Origin: Salinivirgaceae bacterium
Lineage (GTDB): Bacteria > Bacteroidota > Bacteroidia > Bacteroidales > SZUA-534
Direction of reading: 5' to 3'
NCBI GenBank assembly: GCA_017557605.1
Contig: JAFYYJ010000079.1
Location: 25,499-89,498, forward strand
Length of the DNA stretch: 64,000 bases
Both the position numbers and the translations under genes were made by a program. The notes beneath the pieces were generated by a model, which was not told where the DNA came from, searched no databases, and saw only the letters and a program-made list of their open reading frames with translations. This document shows, piece by piece, positions 9,762 to 19,872 of this stretch; position 1 is the stretch's first letter; each line of letters opens with the position of its first letter.

Positions 9762-9792
9762 AAAAAAAAAGAGGCGCCCTAAAGACGCCTCT
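9762..9792 (-). terminator. intrinsic terminator after 9809..11323 (possibly bidirectional)
   Basis: Stem AGAGGCG (9770-9776) / CGCCTCT (9786-9792). T9 run on the minus strand (A-run 9762-9770 on plus). Confidence 0.65.
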
Positions 9793-9808
9793 CCTACTTA
9801 AATTTCAA

Positions 9809-11323
9809 CTATTGATGTGCTTCTCGGAGCAAATCATTAACTGTCTTCACTGGGTTGAATGTGCTAGCCGGAACCTCAACAAACAAGGTAATCCAATCGC
9901 TCATTGCGCCATTCCACAAGCCTGGCAGCTCAAGGGCGCGCACCGTTTTACCCTCGATGCTCTTACTGCTGATAAAGCCCGTCTGCTGGTCGACATAACG
10001 CGGAAGGTCGAACTTGTTGCCTTTGTAATCAACCGTTGAGCAAACCAAATCAACAGGGTTGAAATGTGTGGCCTGAGCCATTACATCTTTCTTATCGTCA
10101 GGTATTTGTGTGCTTTCAAGAATCTGCAGCTGCACCGAGCCGTCGACACCTTTTACCCAATATGGACCACCACCAGGTTCACCCTCATTGATAACCATTC
10201 CGCAAACACGAATCGGGCGGTCAAGCTTTGCACGAAGGAAGTCAATCTTCTGATTATCAGAGAACAACGGATATTCAGCTGGTGGAAGGATTTGCAGTTT
10301 TGCCTTTACAAACGATTCTATCTCCTGAATCAGCGCATCAGAAACGCCTTCATCCATTTTGCGCAGATACTCATGAATCCGTGCCTGATTATGCAGCAAC
10401 ATTCCTGCAATAGCCTTCTTATATTGCACTGTATCAGCCTTTTTACGGTCTTGCACCACATTATCGATATTCTTCACAAAAATCAAATCGGCATCAATCT
10501 GGCTCAGATTGGCTATCAGCGCGCCATGCCCACCCGGACGGAAAACCAACCCACCGTCAGGAGTGTGAACCGGATTATTATTTTCATCAACAGCAACAGT
10601 GTCAGTTTCAGGCTTTTGCACACTGAACGACACTTCGTAATTGCAATTGAATTTCTTGCTATAGAACGACAGCACTTCTTTCAACTTGTTCTCAAACAAC
10701 TCCTTATGCGATTCAGAAACTGTGAAATGCAAATAAGCGGTGCCGTTGGTTGAAGCGTATGAGGCAGCCTCAATCAGATGCTCCTCAAACGGTGTAATAC
10801 AGCCATAATCGGTTCGGTGGAACTTCAACAATCCTTTTGGCAATTTGCCATAATTCAAACCTTCCTCAGTGAGAATGGCTTTGAGCAACTGACCTATCTG
10901 TTTGTTTTTCAACAATTCTTCAATCGATGTACCGCGCTTTTTCAAAACATCTTGCAAATCGTCGTAGAAAGCAAACTTTGCGATATTGTTGCACAAATCA
11001 GCTATCGCACTGTCGCTCATAGCCTTATCGTAATCTTGCGGACCTTTGTAAGAGTCCATTACCTCAAATAGTTTTTTGAACATACGCGAAGCCGCTCCTG
11101 AAGCCGGTACAAATTTCACCTTCTTCGCCTTCGACGCCTCATACAATGTCACATAATCGAGTTTTCGGCCTTCCGACAAACATTTGATGCCATTCTTAGC
11201 CGTTGCCGGCGCGATAATTTGCAACGGCTTGAAACCTTTAACAAACTTTCTAACTTGTTCGTCCACATCACGTGACTCCAACCCGTGAGCCTTGATTGAT
11301 GCTAATTCTTGTTGGTTATACAT
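9809..11323 (-). CDS. DUF4301-like protein (possible nucleotidyltransferase fold)
   Basis: 504 aa. ASGAASRMFK and RPGGHGAL motifs resemble sugar-1-phosphate nucleotidyltransferase loops. The DUF4301 name is from memory. Confidence 0.55.
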   Translation of the reverse strand: MYNQQELASIKAHGLESRDVDEQVRKFVKGFKPLQIIAPATAKNGIKCLSEGRKLDYVTLYEASKAKKVKFVPASGAASRMFKKLFEVMDSYKGPQDYDKAMSDSAIADLCNNIAKFAFYDDLQDVLKKRGTSIEELLKNKQIGQLLKAILTEEGLNYGKLPKGLLKFHRTDYGCITPFEEHLIEAASYASTNGTAYLHFTVSESHKELFENKLKEVLSFYSKKFNCNYEVSFSVQKPETDTVAVDENNNPVHTPDGGLVFRPGGHGALIANLSQIDADLIFVKNIDNVVQDRKKADTVQYKKAIAGMLLHNQARIHEYLRKMDEGVSDALIQEIESFVKAKLQILPPAEYPLFSDNQKIDFLRAKLDRPIRVCGMVINEGEPGGGPYWVKGVDGSVQLQILESTQIPDDKKDVMAQATHFNPVDLVCSTVDYKGNKFDLPRYVDQQTGFISSKSIEGKTVRALELPGLWNGAMSDWITLFVEVPASTFNPVKTVNDLLREAHQ

Positions 11324-11400
11324 GGTACTATTTATTTATATGTTTATGCAAATCGCATATACCAAAGTTAGTACACTATGCGAAAAAAGCAAGAAAGATT

Positions 11401-13242
11401 TTACTCAATTTTATCACCACGCAGAATTCGATATTGTTTCCGCGCCTCGGTCACAAAAATGCTACTGGCGTAGTCGGTTATCAGCTTCAAATAATGCTCC
11501 ATGGCTTTTTCTGAATCGTTAAACTGATGCTGATAGATTGCCGCAAGCTGATAGTTGGCGTTATCGGCCAAAATATCGTCGGGATACTGCTGTGCCACAA
11601 TCTGATAGGCCTCCACGGCCTCATTGTAACGGTTTTTAAACCGATAGATTTCCCCTTTCAGATACCAAGCCTCGTCGGCTATCGGGGTGGCTGCATACAT
11701 ATTAATAATGGTATCAATAGCGGCCAAAGCGGCAGTATCATTATGCTGATAATGAAGAAGATTAGCTCGCGCATAGATAAGCATTGCAGCGTCCGACTCA
11801 TCATCCCAGCCAGTGTTGTCCTCAATAAGCACCGACAGCTGTGCCGCATCGTTGGCTGTAAGTTTCTCGGTGCTTGCCTTGAGCGCGTCGAGCTGCGCCT
11901 GAGCCCATGTGAAATTGCCCGTGAAATATGCCAACCGGGCCTTTCGCAGCTTTGCCTCCGAACCGACCGGGCTGTTGGCATTGTTCACCTCAACCCGTGC
12001 GTAGGTAAGCGTGGCGTCAGCGTAGTTTCCCTGCATCAGGTAAACATCGGCCAACTCAATGTCGATAGCGGCCAGTGTCTCTTTATTGAGCGAGCGCATT
12101 GTGCGGGCGTCCTCGAGCAAAAACTGAGCGTCGGCTGTTTTGCCAAGATAAATAGACTTCAGTTTGGCCAAATCGCGAACCAAATCAATTGTTTCGTTGT
12201 TGACTCCCATATCCTGAAGAGCATCGGTTATGGCCTGTTCAAGCCGTTCAAAATCAGACTGTTTGGTATCAATTTCAAGCTCGATGCGGCGATACATCAC
12301 TTCAAGCATCTCTGTTTGCGCCACACGTGTATATTCTTGATTACCACCTTTTTGCACAACATACTGATAAGCGTCAATGGCTGTTTGGAAATCATTGTTT
12401 TCAGCCGCAACGCGCGCCAATGACACCACACGATGTCCGTTCTCGTTAAGACGACGGTCGAGCGCCTGAGCCTGCGGCAGCGCAAGGTCGAATTTCTTGT
12501 CCTGAATATAATTCCAGATGAGCAACTGGTTGTAAACCGTCAAATCAGGATTCTCGCGCGATTTTTGAAGCAACTTGCTGCACAACAAATCGTTAAGACT
12601 ATCATCAACATCATTATATATGGCTTGCTGAAGATAGTTCTGAACCTGTTGCAGATAGGCGTCGCTAACTTTCAACAGCTCAAGATACTCATCAATCATC
12701 TTCTCAAAATTGCGCTGATAATAAAACAATTGCGCCATTTCGATGCGAAAATCATAGCCGCCTTTTGTCAGTTTCCGGCCTTCAGCATAAACCGTCTCGG
12801 CGTAGTTGTACAAACGATACTCGATAAAAGCCTGCGCAAGTTTCGTTATCTGTTGCACATCGGAGCTTAACTTCTTGATTGCCTGCTGATATATCTTATT
12901 AGCTTTGTCCTCATTTCCTCGCAAACTTTGCAAATAACCCAAATCAACATTATAGCGCAGATTGGTTTTATTGCGCTGTATTTGGCTGTTAATAAGTGTT
13001 TCTGCGGCAGTATAATCTGGTATCTTGAGGAGCGAGTTTAAATAATAATTGTAGTAATAATCGGTGCGTCCTTGCTGATAAAGGCGCGAAAAAACATCGG
13101 CAGCCTTCTGATAATCACCTTGACGATAATATTGAAAACCCAGCTGACTGTCAGACAGTTGGTTGTTGTTTTGATTCTGACAGAGTGAAGTGGAAAAGGC
13201 GAAAACGCTGCATATCAGCAAAATCGCACGAACATATTTCAT
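11401..13242 (-). CDS. secreted tetratricopeptide-repeat protein
   Basis: Signal MKYVRAILLICSVFAFSTSLCQ (ATG 13242; the track start 13257 is GTG). Many TPR-like A/Y/L repeats (YYRQGDYQKAADVF, GNYADATLTYARV, RYNEAVEAYQIVAQQYP). Confidence 0.8.
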   Translation of the reverse strand: MKYVRAILLICSVFAFSTSLCQNQNNNQLSDSQLGFQYYRQGDYQKAADVFSRLYQQGRTDYYYNYYLNSLLKIPDYTAAETLINSQIQRNKTNLRYNVDLGYLQSLRGNEDKANKIYQQAIKKLSSDVQQITKLAQAFIEYRLYNYAETVYAEGRKLTKGGYDFRIEMAQLFYYQRNFEKMIDEYLELLKVSDAYLQQVQNYLQQAIYNDVDDSLNDLLCSKLLQKSRENPDLTVYNQLLIWNYIQDKKFDLALPQAQALDRRLNENGHRVVSLARVAAENNDFQTAIDAYQYVVQKGGNQEYTRVAQTEMLEVMYRRIELEIDTKQSDFERLEQAITDALQDMGVNNETIDLVRDLAKLKSIYLGKTADAQFLLEDARTMRSLNKETLAAIDIELADVYLMQGNYADATLTYARVEVNNANSPVGSEAKLRKARLAYFTGNFTWAQAQLDALKASTEKLTANDAAQLSVLIEDNTGWDDESDAAMLIYARANLLHYQHNDTAALAAIDTIINMYAATPIADEAWYLKGEIYRFKNRYNEAVEAYQIVAQQYPDDILADNANYQLAAIYQHQFNDSEKAMEHYLKLITDYASSIFVTEARKQYRILRGDKIE

Positions 13243-13273
13243 AGAAACAACTTTCACACTATCAGCATTTACA

Positions 13274-13810
13274 TTAGCGAAGACGGTCGGCCGACTTCAC
13301 CAAATCGTCATCTTTCTTAATTCCGCGATACGCCAACACCAATAATATAATGTTGATGACCGGGAACACCATTGGCAATCGGAAATTGACGTTGAATGTC
13401 ATTTCTGCGCCGCCCAAAGCTCTCGACAACCCAAAGAAATAAGCTATCATTGTCACTAAAATGACGATTTGCAAGTAGATAACCACCTTAGTTGTTTTCA
13501 TTTGCAAAGTGCGGTTGTTATATTTGAAAAGAGCTATCAGACACAAAACAGCGGCTAACACCGTAATTGATGCAAGCGGCAGCATGGTGGTAACAGACAA
13601 GGACGGCATGCTAAAATCATTAACTCTAAAAGATAATGCAAACGGCAGCACGGTGGTAGCCGACGGCAATTCGACAGCCGGAGACAGATGACAGGCCGTG
13701 ATTGTAAATAACGTTCCGTTGACCGTCACTTCGGCATACGGGAAACAAAACAGGCATACCGCAAGCGCTGCTGCGACAAATAAATAGACAGACTGAATTC
13801 GTTGTATCAT
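13274..13810 (-). CDS. DUF4293-like polytopic membrane protein
   Basis: MIQRIQSVYLFVAAALAV... and about 5 TM helices. C-terminal KKDDDLVKSADRLR. Confidence 0.6.
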   Translation of the reverse strand: MIQRIQSVYLFVAAALAVCLFCFPYAEVTVNGTLFTITACHLSPAVELPSATTVLPFALSFRVNDFSMPSLSVTTMLPLASITVLAAVLCLIALFKYNNRTLQMKTTKVVIYLQIVILVTMIAYFFGLSRALGGAEMTFNVNFRLPMVFPVINIILLVLAYRGIKKDDDLVKSADRLR

Positions 13811-13911
13811 AATAATTTAGATTTTATTTTTCTTTATTATAGTTTTTCGTTTTACCCGATGCCAAAATAACTAAATTCACTTCACAACCTCTAAATACTC
13901 TCTCATTTTCT

Positions 13912-13919
13912 TACATTTG
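13912..13919 (+). promoter_or_regulatory. -7 promoter box (TACATTTG) for the NfeD gene
   Basis: Matches TAnnTTTG, 19 nt upstream of ATG 13938. Confidence 0.45.
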
Positions 13920-13937
13920 CACTGAAATGCAACAATT

Positions 13938-15329
13938 ATGAAAAAACTTCTGACTATCGCATTAATGCTTGTCTCGCTCAATTTGACAGCGCAAACCACT
14001 GCTGATTCCGATTCGACATTGGTTATGCAAATTGAATTGAATGAGGAAGTTAATTCATCGATGTGGATAGAAGTGCAACGAGGATTCGAAAAAGCGAACG
14101 CCGACTCAGCCCAACTGATTCTTCTGCACATGAACACCTACGGCGGCGCGGTTGTAGACGCCGACTCTATCCGCACACGGATTCTAAACAGCCAAATTCC
14201 GGTGGTGGCTTTTATTGACAACAACGCAGCCTCGGCTGGGGCGCTGATAGCCATTGCTTGCGACAGAATATATATGCGCAAAAGCGCCAGTATTGGCGCA
14301 GCAACGGTTGTAAATCAAAGCGGTGAGGCTATGCCCGACAAGTACCAGAGTTATATGCGTGGCATTATGAGGGCCACGGCCGAAGCACACGGCTGCGACA
14401 CGCTGATTAGCGGCACCGACACCACCTACAAATGGAGGCGAAACCCACAAATTGCCGAAGCTATGGTTGACCAAGATATCAGTATCGACGGATTGATTGA
14501 AGCGGGCAAAGTGCTGACTTTTACTGCTTCTGAGGCCATTGAACACGGTTTTTGCGAAGGCTTGGCAGAAAACATATCGGAAGTGCTCGAACATGAAGGT
14601 CGCCCCAACGCCGTTATCACAGAATACCGGCCAACTGGGCTCGACAAAGCGCGCGGCTGGCTGATGAATCCGGCATTGCAAGGGCTACTCATTATGGCCA
14701 TAATAGGCGGTATATACTTCGAGATGCAGTCGCCCGGAATCGGTTTTCCGTCGGTGATTGCGGTCTCGGCAGCCATTCTCTATTTTGCGCCGCTTTACAT
14801 TGAAGGACTTGCCGCACATTGGGAAATAGCACTTTTCGTTTTAGGCATAATACTGATAATCATTGAACTGTTCGCATTTCCCGGATTCGGTGTCTGCGGC
14901 ATTTCGGGCATTGCGCTTGCTGTGGCCGGACTCACAATGGCAATGGTCGGCAACTACGACGGCGATATGCCAGCCCTTAAACCTGATGATGTGCTGAAAT
15001 CGCTTTTATTAGTAATTATATCATCGTCAGTATCAATAGGTTTGTGCTTGTGGATAAGTTCAAAATTCTACACCGCTACCATTTTCGGCAACCGCTTGTC
15101 GCTCACCGCATCGCAAAAAACTGACGAGGGATTTGTTGGCGTACAAGCCGATTTAAAACAATACATTGGGCGGCAAGGCATAGCCGCAACAATTCTGCGC
15201 CCGTCAGGTAAAATAGAGATTGACGGGCATCTGTTCGACGCAAAATCGAACCACGGGTATATTGAAAAAGGTGAACAAGTGAAAATCACAAACTGCAGCT
15301 CCGCACAATTATATGTTGAAAAAGTTTAG
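13938..15329 (+). CDS. NfeD-family membrane-bound ClpP-class serine protease
   Basis: N-terminal ClpP-like domain (LLHMNTYGGAVVDADSI...NNAASAGALIAIACDRIYM), 4-5 TM helices, and a C-terminal NfeD OB-like domain (ATILRPSGKIEIDGHLFDAKSNHGYIEKGEQVKI). Confidence 0.8.
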   Translation: MKKLLTIALMLVSLNLTAQTTADSDSTLVMQIELNEEVNSSMWIEVQRGFEKANADSAQLILLHMNTYGGAVVDADSIRTRILNSQIPVVAFIDNNAASAGALIAIACDRIYMRKSASIGAATVVNQSGEAMPDKYQSYMRGIMRATAEAHGCDTLISGTDTTYKWRRNPQIAEAMVDQDISIDGLIEAGKVLTFTASEAIEHGFCEGLAENISEVLEHEGRPNAVITEYRPTGLDKARGWLMNPALQGLLIMAIIGGIYFEMQSPGIGFPSVIAVSAAILYFAPLYIEGLAAHWEIALFVLGIILIIIELFAFPGFGVCGISGIALAVAGLTMAMVGNYDGDMPALKPDDVLKSLLLVIISSSVSIGLCLWISSKFYTATIFGNRLSLTASQKTDEGFVGVQADLKQYIGRQGIAATILRPSGKIEIDGHLFDAKSNHGYIEKGEQVKITNCSSAQLYVEKV

Positions 15330-15333
15330 CACA

Positions 15334-16152
15334 ATGGAAAATATTGAAAACAAAACAGATAATCCGTCAATAAGCATAGCTCAGGCATTTCTCATCATCG
15401 GTATTTTGTTTGCTGTGTCGTTGCCGGTATCATTGCTTCAAGTGGCTGTTTTACAGCAATTGCCGGGAGCCAAATCGTGGATATTACTATTCAGCTACAT
15501 GCTACAATTTGGACTTGCACTGCTTATTAGTGTAAAGATTTTCAATATAAAGTATTTCGACACCAACAAATTCAAAATCAGCGTGTTACTTTTATCATTA
15601 GTACTGATTTTCTCATTGTCTCTAATTTCGGAGTCACTAGCGTCGCTTATACCGATGCCCGACTTTATTGCCGAACTATTTAAAGATGCCATAACACTTG
15701 ATTTTGCTGGTTTTCTGACTGTTGGCATTGCAGCACCGATGCTTGAAGAATTACTTTTCCGCGGTGTAATTTTAGCCGCACTCCTGCGCCGCTATTCTCC
15801 TGCCAAAGCAATTGTTTGGTCTGCTGTCATCTTCGGCATAGCGCACCTCAACCCATGGCAGTTTATTGCCGCATTTATAATTGGTTGCGCCATTGGCTGG
15901 CTGTTTTGGAAAACCGGAAGTATCTGGATTGGAATAATAATGCACTGCGCCAATAACTCTGCAAGTTTCCTGCTTGGCTATCTCACCGGCGACATCAACG
16001 CCTCAGTGACAGATATGTTCGGCGGCCCAATAACTCACGCTATCGTGCTGTTTGTTTGCGTATTAGCATCGTTTGGAATCTTCCAAATACTGAACAGGAA
16101 AATTTTCGGAACATCAAAAGTTCCTGATGATGCTACTGCCGTAAAATTTTGA
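15334..16152 (+). CDS. CPBP-family (CAAX) intramembrane metalloprotease
   Basis: EELLFRG and FGIAHL motifs plus a later HCANN motif. Polytopic. An alternative start at 15313 would overlap the NfeD gene by 17 nt. Confidence 0.8.
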   Translation: MENIENKTDNPSISIAQAFLIIGILFAVSLPVSLLQVAVLQQLPGAKSWILLFSYMLQFGLALLISVKIFNIKYFDTNKFKISVLLLSLVLIFSLSLISESLASLIPMPDFIAELFKDAITLDFAGFLTVGIAAPMLEELLFRGVILAALLRRYSPAKAIVWSAVIFGIAHLNPWQFIAAFIIGCAIGWLFWKTGSIWIGIIMHCANNSASFLLGYLTGDINASVTDMFGGPITHAIVLFVCVLASFGIFQILNRKIFGTSKVPDDATAVKF

Positions 16153-19100
16153 TTATAACTGGATTACATCCGTCAATTGCTATTTTGGCAAAATACAAGC
16201 CGGGTTGCCAATTAACGGCGCTTGTTAAGTTCAAAGAGTGCTCGCCTTCAGCGTAAAAATTGCTGCCAAAATCAGCCAAAACCACCCCTTGCGCCGAGAA
16301 GACTTGAACACGAGTGTTAGATGCAACCGCTTGATTCCAAACTATTTCAGCATTATCATGGAACGGATTAGGACGGCAGAAAGCAAAAGACTCCGGAACC
16401 TCGTGCTCCTCAACCACTCCAACCCGGAAACTGTCATCACCTATGCTGAAATCGTCATGCGACGGACTGAACTGACCATTTTCTGCTCCGGGGGTACCGT
16501 GCAAATCGTTGGCGTGCCAAAGTCGGCGGGCGGCATTGTCGGCAAACGGGTCAGTCAAGGCAAGTGTGTAACCATTGCCGTCGGCATTGGCCCACGTTTT
16601 GGTGTTGTATTCCACATCATCGACGAGATTCCACTCAGAGTCATACAGTTGCACCTTATCATATCCGCTCAAGCGGAATGCGAAATTGCCAATCACATTC
16701 TGCAGACCCGAATTTAGACTAACTAACTTGCTGCGGTTGGCGCACACAACCACGTAACCATATGGCGGAATGATAGTTCCGACAGGGATTATGAAAGCTT
16801 CGTCAAGGTTTTCGTCTGCAAGTTTCCAGCCCGAAATGTTGATAGCTGCATCCGTGGTATTATAGAGTTCAACCCAGTCTTTGGTGTCGAAATCATCGGC
16901 CGATTTAAAGTTTATCTCATTGATAACAACGCTGTTATAAGCATCATTACTAGGTTCAAAAACCGCCGTATAGCGCGATGCTTTGCTCAATGTAACCTTT
17001 ATACCGGCATGAGTGTCAACCGTTTGGTCATCACTGTCGACCCAACGGACAAATTTGTAGCCAGGCCGCGCCACGGCTCTCAACGATACCGGCACTTTTG
17101 AAAAATAAGTTCCACTCCACGGAAAATTATTCAGTGTCAAAGAGTTCAGCTGTATGTAACCAGCTCTACTATCATTGGCGCCGAGTGTAATTTTCACATC
17201 TTTGCCAGCCGAAAAATGGTCGCGAATATGCTCTCGCAAATATGAAGGACGCTCCTCGGCAAATGTGCGCATAGCATTCAATCGGTCGTTACGGTAGCTT
17301 TCACCATGATTCCAACGCTTGATATGATATTTTATCTCGGGCGTGATATTTACATCAAGGCTATCAATCAATGCATTGACTGTTTCCGGCAAAAATTCGC
17401 AATTAAGTCTGTCTGCAAAACGGTTGATGAAATCGCGCTTGAAATCGGCGTTTTTCACCAAATTGCGCAATAGGAACGTTGCCCATGACGCATTAGCATA
17501 ACCACTGCTATTGCTTGCAAGACAGAAAGATATCATATCTGTTTCGTAATCGTTATTGCTCCAGATGTTAAAACCGAAATCGGTGTCGAAAAGCATCCAG
17601 CGCCAACGCCCATCAGCTGTTTGCGGACGCCAATACTTGATATTGTTACCAGGCCAATCGGTATTTTTGCAATATATTTCGGTTACCATATATTCGACAT
17701 ACTCATCGATATCCATCAGAGTTTTAACATATTGATAGTTCTCATCATCAGCAAGCGAGTTATCTTGAATGAAATCAAGCATCGCCTGATAATGTTCGTA
17801 ACTTCCTTCCTTCACCTCGTTGCGGTTCTTGATGTAATCCACCGCATCAGCATCGACATACGAGAAATTTTCCTCCAAATAGTTCTTGCCTAATCTTTCG
17901 CGCAGGTTCATAATGCCCCAATAATTGCCGTTCAGATAGACGACAACTGGCTGATATGCCTGAATATCAACATTATTATTGCGTACAAGATTGGTTATCA
18001 TAGCATCACGAATATGGGTGTTGCCGAAATCGTTACCAGAATTGCGAAGGTTAAACGATTTAAAACTGCTAATATTCTTACTGCTAAAGAATTGATAATC
18101 AAAGTGTGATTTTCCATACGACTTGCGTGCGTGAATGGCAAGCGACTTTTGGGCGCTCATTCTCGAATAGGCGCCTGTTATTTTCACGCCAGCATCCTGA
18201 TTGATAACATTCTGTCCGTCGGGCAGATAATATTCAACATGAATAGGACGCTCCCAATCTTGCCAATAGTTGGCACCATAATGCGGGTCGGAAGCCTCAG
18301 CGTTAGGCCCTTCAACGTAAATACCATAGTTATAGTCATATAGGTTGCTCGAAGCCGTGACAAGCGCCATTACTGGTAATGTAATTTCGTGGTCGGGGAA
18401 AATGAACGAGCGCGTAGCTGGCTGACCGGGTAAGAGTGAGTCGCAATACGAGATGGCTCTGACTACCGTCGTTGTGCCTAACCATAATGGCTCGGTGTAA
18501 AGCTTTGATTCTTTGGTTGGAACAGAGCCATCCGTGGTGTAATAGATAGGCGTTCCAGCCGCTGAAGTAAGAATTAAATCTTGACGCTCAGTCTGTAAAC
18601 CACCTGATAGAGAAAATGTTACTTCATTAGTTTTGGCCGATGCGTATGCCTTTGTAGTATTTGCAGCATTAGGCGTTGGCTCTGCAAAAAACACCCATTT
18701 GCCAGAACCATCGGGCGATAATCCTCGCGACACATCGTTTGGCACAACTGTGCTATCGGTCTGATGCACAATTTTCCCCGATGCGTTTGTGAGAAAAATC
18801 GGCTCGCCTTCAGTTGAAATACTGAAGTTCGTGTGAAAATATTTTGCACTACTTTTAGGTTGCAAATCAATAAGTTCGCTCAACTTTTTACTTCCCTTTA
18901 CATTAGAGCCAGCTGTTAAGAACGGATAAAGCAACAAATCGCTCGATGTTTCGCTAATATTATGAATCTGGATAGCTAGAACATTCTCACCCTCAACAAG
19001 ATACTTTATATTGTTCGACAAGTCGAAATGCGCCAACGGACTACCATTTGCAAGCAACGGATTGACATATGTCGGCGTCACTGCATCATACGGAGTGTTG

Positions 19101-19726
19101 TCGCCCACAGAACCCAAATTTTCACGCGCAACCTCGTGGCCATTGATGTAAACAACAAAACCATCGTCATAATCCAAGTCGAGAAACAGTTCCTTTACTG
19201 TACTCAAATTATTGACATTAAATTCCTTACGCACAAAAACCGATATTGTACCTTCTGGTATCTTAGTGGCAGCATACGATGAGCCATAGCCAAAACCACC
19301 TTTGCCAACCGACCACTTTGAATCGTCATAATCGGCTTTGTACCAATCTTTTGAGATAGATGACGAACCAATAGCATACGAAAACTTATCGGTTGCCTCA
19401 ACAAGCGAATTATAAAAGATGCTATCACCGGCAGAATACTCGTAAAGGTCTTTGCCTGAAGCAAATATGAGAAGGTGCTTACCAGATTTAAGAATATATG
19501 AGGGGAAAGACCATTTTGCCAGGTTTGCGGCTTTATCCGAAAGATGCCAACCCTCAAGATTGACATCGGCCGACGATGTGTTGTAGAGTTCAATCCAATC
19601 GGCATTGTCTCCGTATTCATCTAGAAATGAAGTTGATGAAGCGCAATACTCGTTTATCACCACTTGCGCATCAGCAATTGTGGCAAACAATAGCAAGCTG
19701 ATTATTATGTATTTACCAATCCTCAT
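16133..19726 (-). CDS. CotH-kinase-family surface protein, paralog 1 (LTD - jelly-roll insert - chitobiase-C/Fn3-assoc-like - CotH - LTD - T9SS CTD)
   Basis: 1197 aa with signal peptide. N- and C-terminal lamin-tail-like modules (VINEY...DWIELYN...W.LSD; VINEINFKSADDFDTKDWVELYNTT). CotH-like core (QDAGVKITGAYSRMSAQKSLAIHARK...RDAMITNLV...NGNYWGIMNLRE...DWPGNNIKYWR). C-terminal PNPF...IKILRQ sorting domain. Confidence 0.8.
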   Translation of the reverse strand: MRIGKYIIISLLLFATIADAQVVINEYCASSTSFLDEYGDNADWIELYNTSSADVNLEGWHLSDKAANLAKWSFPSYILKSGKHLLIFASGKDLYEYSAGDSIFYNSLVEATDKFSYAIGSSSISKDWYKADYDDSKWSVGKGGFGYGSSYAATKIPEGTISVFVRKEFNVNNLSTVKELFLDLDYDDGFVVYINGHEVARENLGSVGDNTPYDAVTPTYVNPLLANGSPLAHFDLSNNIKYLVEGENVLAIQIHNISETSSDLLLYPFLTAGSNVKGSKKLSELIDLQPKSSAKYFHTNFSISTEGEPIFLTNASGKIVHQTDSTVVPNDVSRGLSPDGSGKWVFFAEPTPNAANTTKAYASAKTNEVTFSLSGGLQTERQDLILTSAAGTPIYYTTDGSVPTKESKLYTEPLWLGTTTVVRAISYCDSLLPGQPATRSFIFPDHEITLPVMALVTASSNLYDYNYGIYVEGPNAEASDPHYGANYWQDWERPIHVEYYLPDGQNVINQDAGVKITGAYSRMSAQKSLAIHARKSYGKSHFDYQFFSSKNISSFKSFNLRNSGNDFGNTHIRDAMITNLVRNNNVDIQAYQPVVVYLNGNYWGIMNLRERLGKNYLEENFSYVDADAVDYIKNRNEVKEGSYEHYQAMLDFIQDNSLADDENYQYVKTLMDIDEYVEYMVTEIYCKNTDWPGNNIKYWRPQTADGRWRWMLFDTDFGFNIWSNNDYETDMISFCLASNSSGYANASWATFLLRNLVKNADFKRDFINRFADRLNCEFLPETVNALIDSLDVNITPEIKYHIKRWNHGESYRNDRLNAMRTFAEERPSYLREHIRDHFSAGKDVKITLGANDSRAGYIQLNSLTLNNFPWSGTYFSKVPVSLRAVARPGYKFVRWVDSDDQTVDTHAGIKVTLSKASRYTAVFEPSNDAYNSVVINEINFKSADDFDTKDWVELYNTTDAAINISGWKLADENLDEAFIIPVGTIIPPYGYVVVCANRSKLVSLNSGLQNVIGNFAFRLSGYDKVQLYDSEWNLVDDVEYNTKTWANADGNGYTLALTDPFADNAARRLWHANDLHGTPGAENGQFSPSHDDFSIGDDSFRVGVVEEHEVPESFAFCRPNPFHDNAEIVWNQAVASNTRVQVFSAQGVVLADFGSNFYAEGEHSLNLTSAVNWQPGLYFAKIAIDGCNPVIIKILRQ

Positions 19727-19746
19727 ACGATAACTGTCATTGGCAA

Positions 19747-19754
19747 CAAATGTA
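19747..19754 (-). promoter_or_regulatory. -7 promoter box (TACATTTG on minus) for CotH paralog 1
   Basis: CAAATGTA on plus, which is TAnnTTTG on minus, 21 nt upstream of ATG 19726. Confidence 0.45.
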
Positions 19755-19816
19755 AATCATTGGCAGCACTGAAACATGAAAAATTGGCGAAAAGGGCGGA
19801 ATCTATGATTATCCCA

Positions 19817-19848
19817 CAAAAAGCGGCAGCCCGTTTCCGAACTGCCGC
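19817..19848 (-). terminator. intrinsic terminator after CotH paralog 2
   Basis: Stem GCGGCAG (19823-19829) / CTGCCGC (19842-19848) with a 12-nt loop. T5 follows on the minus strand. Confidence 0.55.
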
Positions 19849-19872
19849 TCATTATAAAAACTTTAACCTAAC

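Noticed and set aside
11527-12423. 298-aa plus-strand ORF antisense to the TPR protein gene. Similar long antisense ORFs occur at 10064-10753, 26648-27172, 27483-28175, 39257-39979, 44814-45425, 45796-46263, 49282-49821, 54808-55329 and 7748-8350.
   Set aside because: Each is embedded in a longer opposite-strand gene with recognisable motifs. Their translations are low-complexity or Cys/Arg/His-rich shadow frames without signal sequences or motifs.
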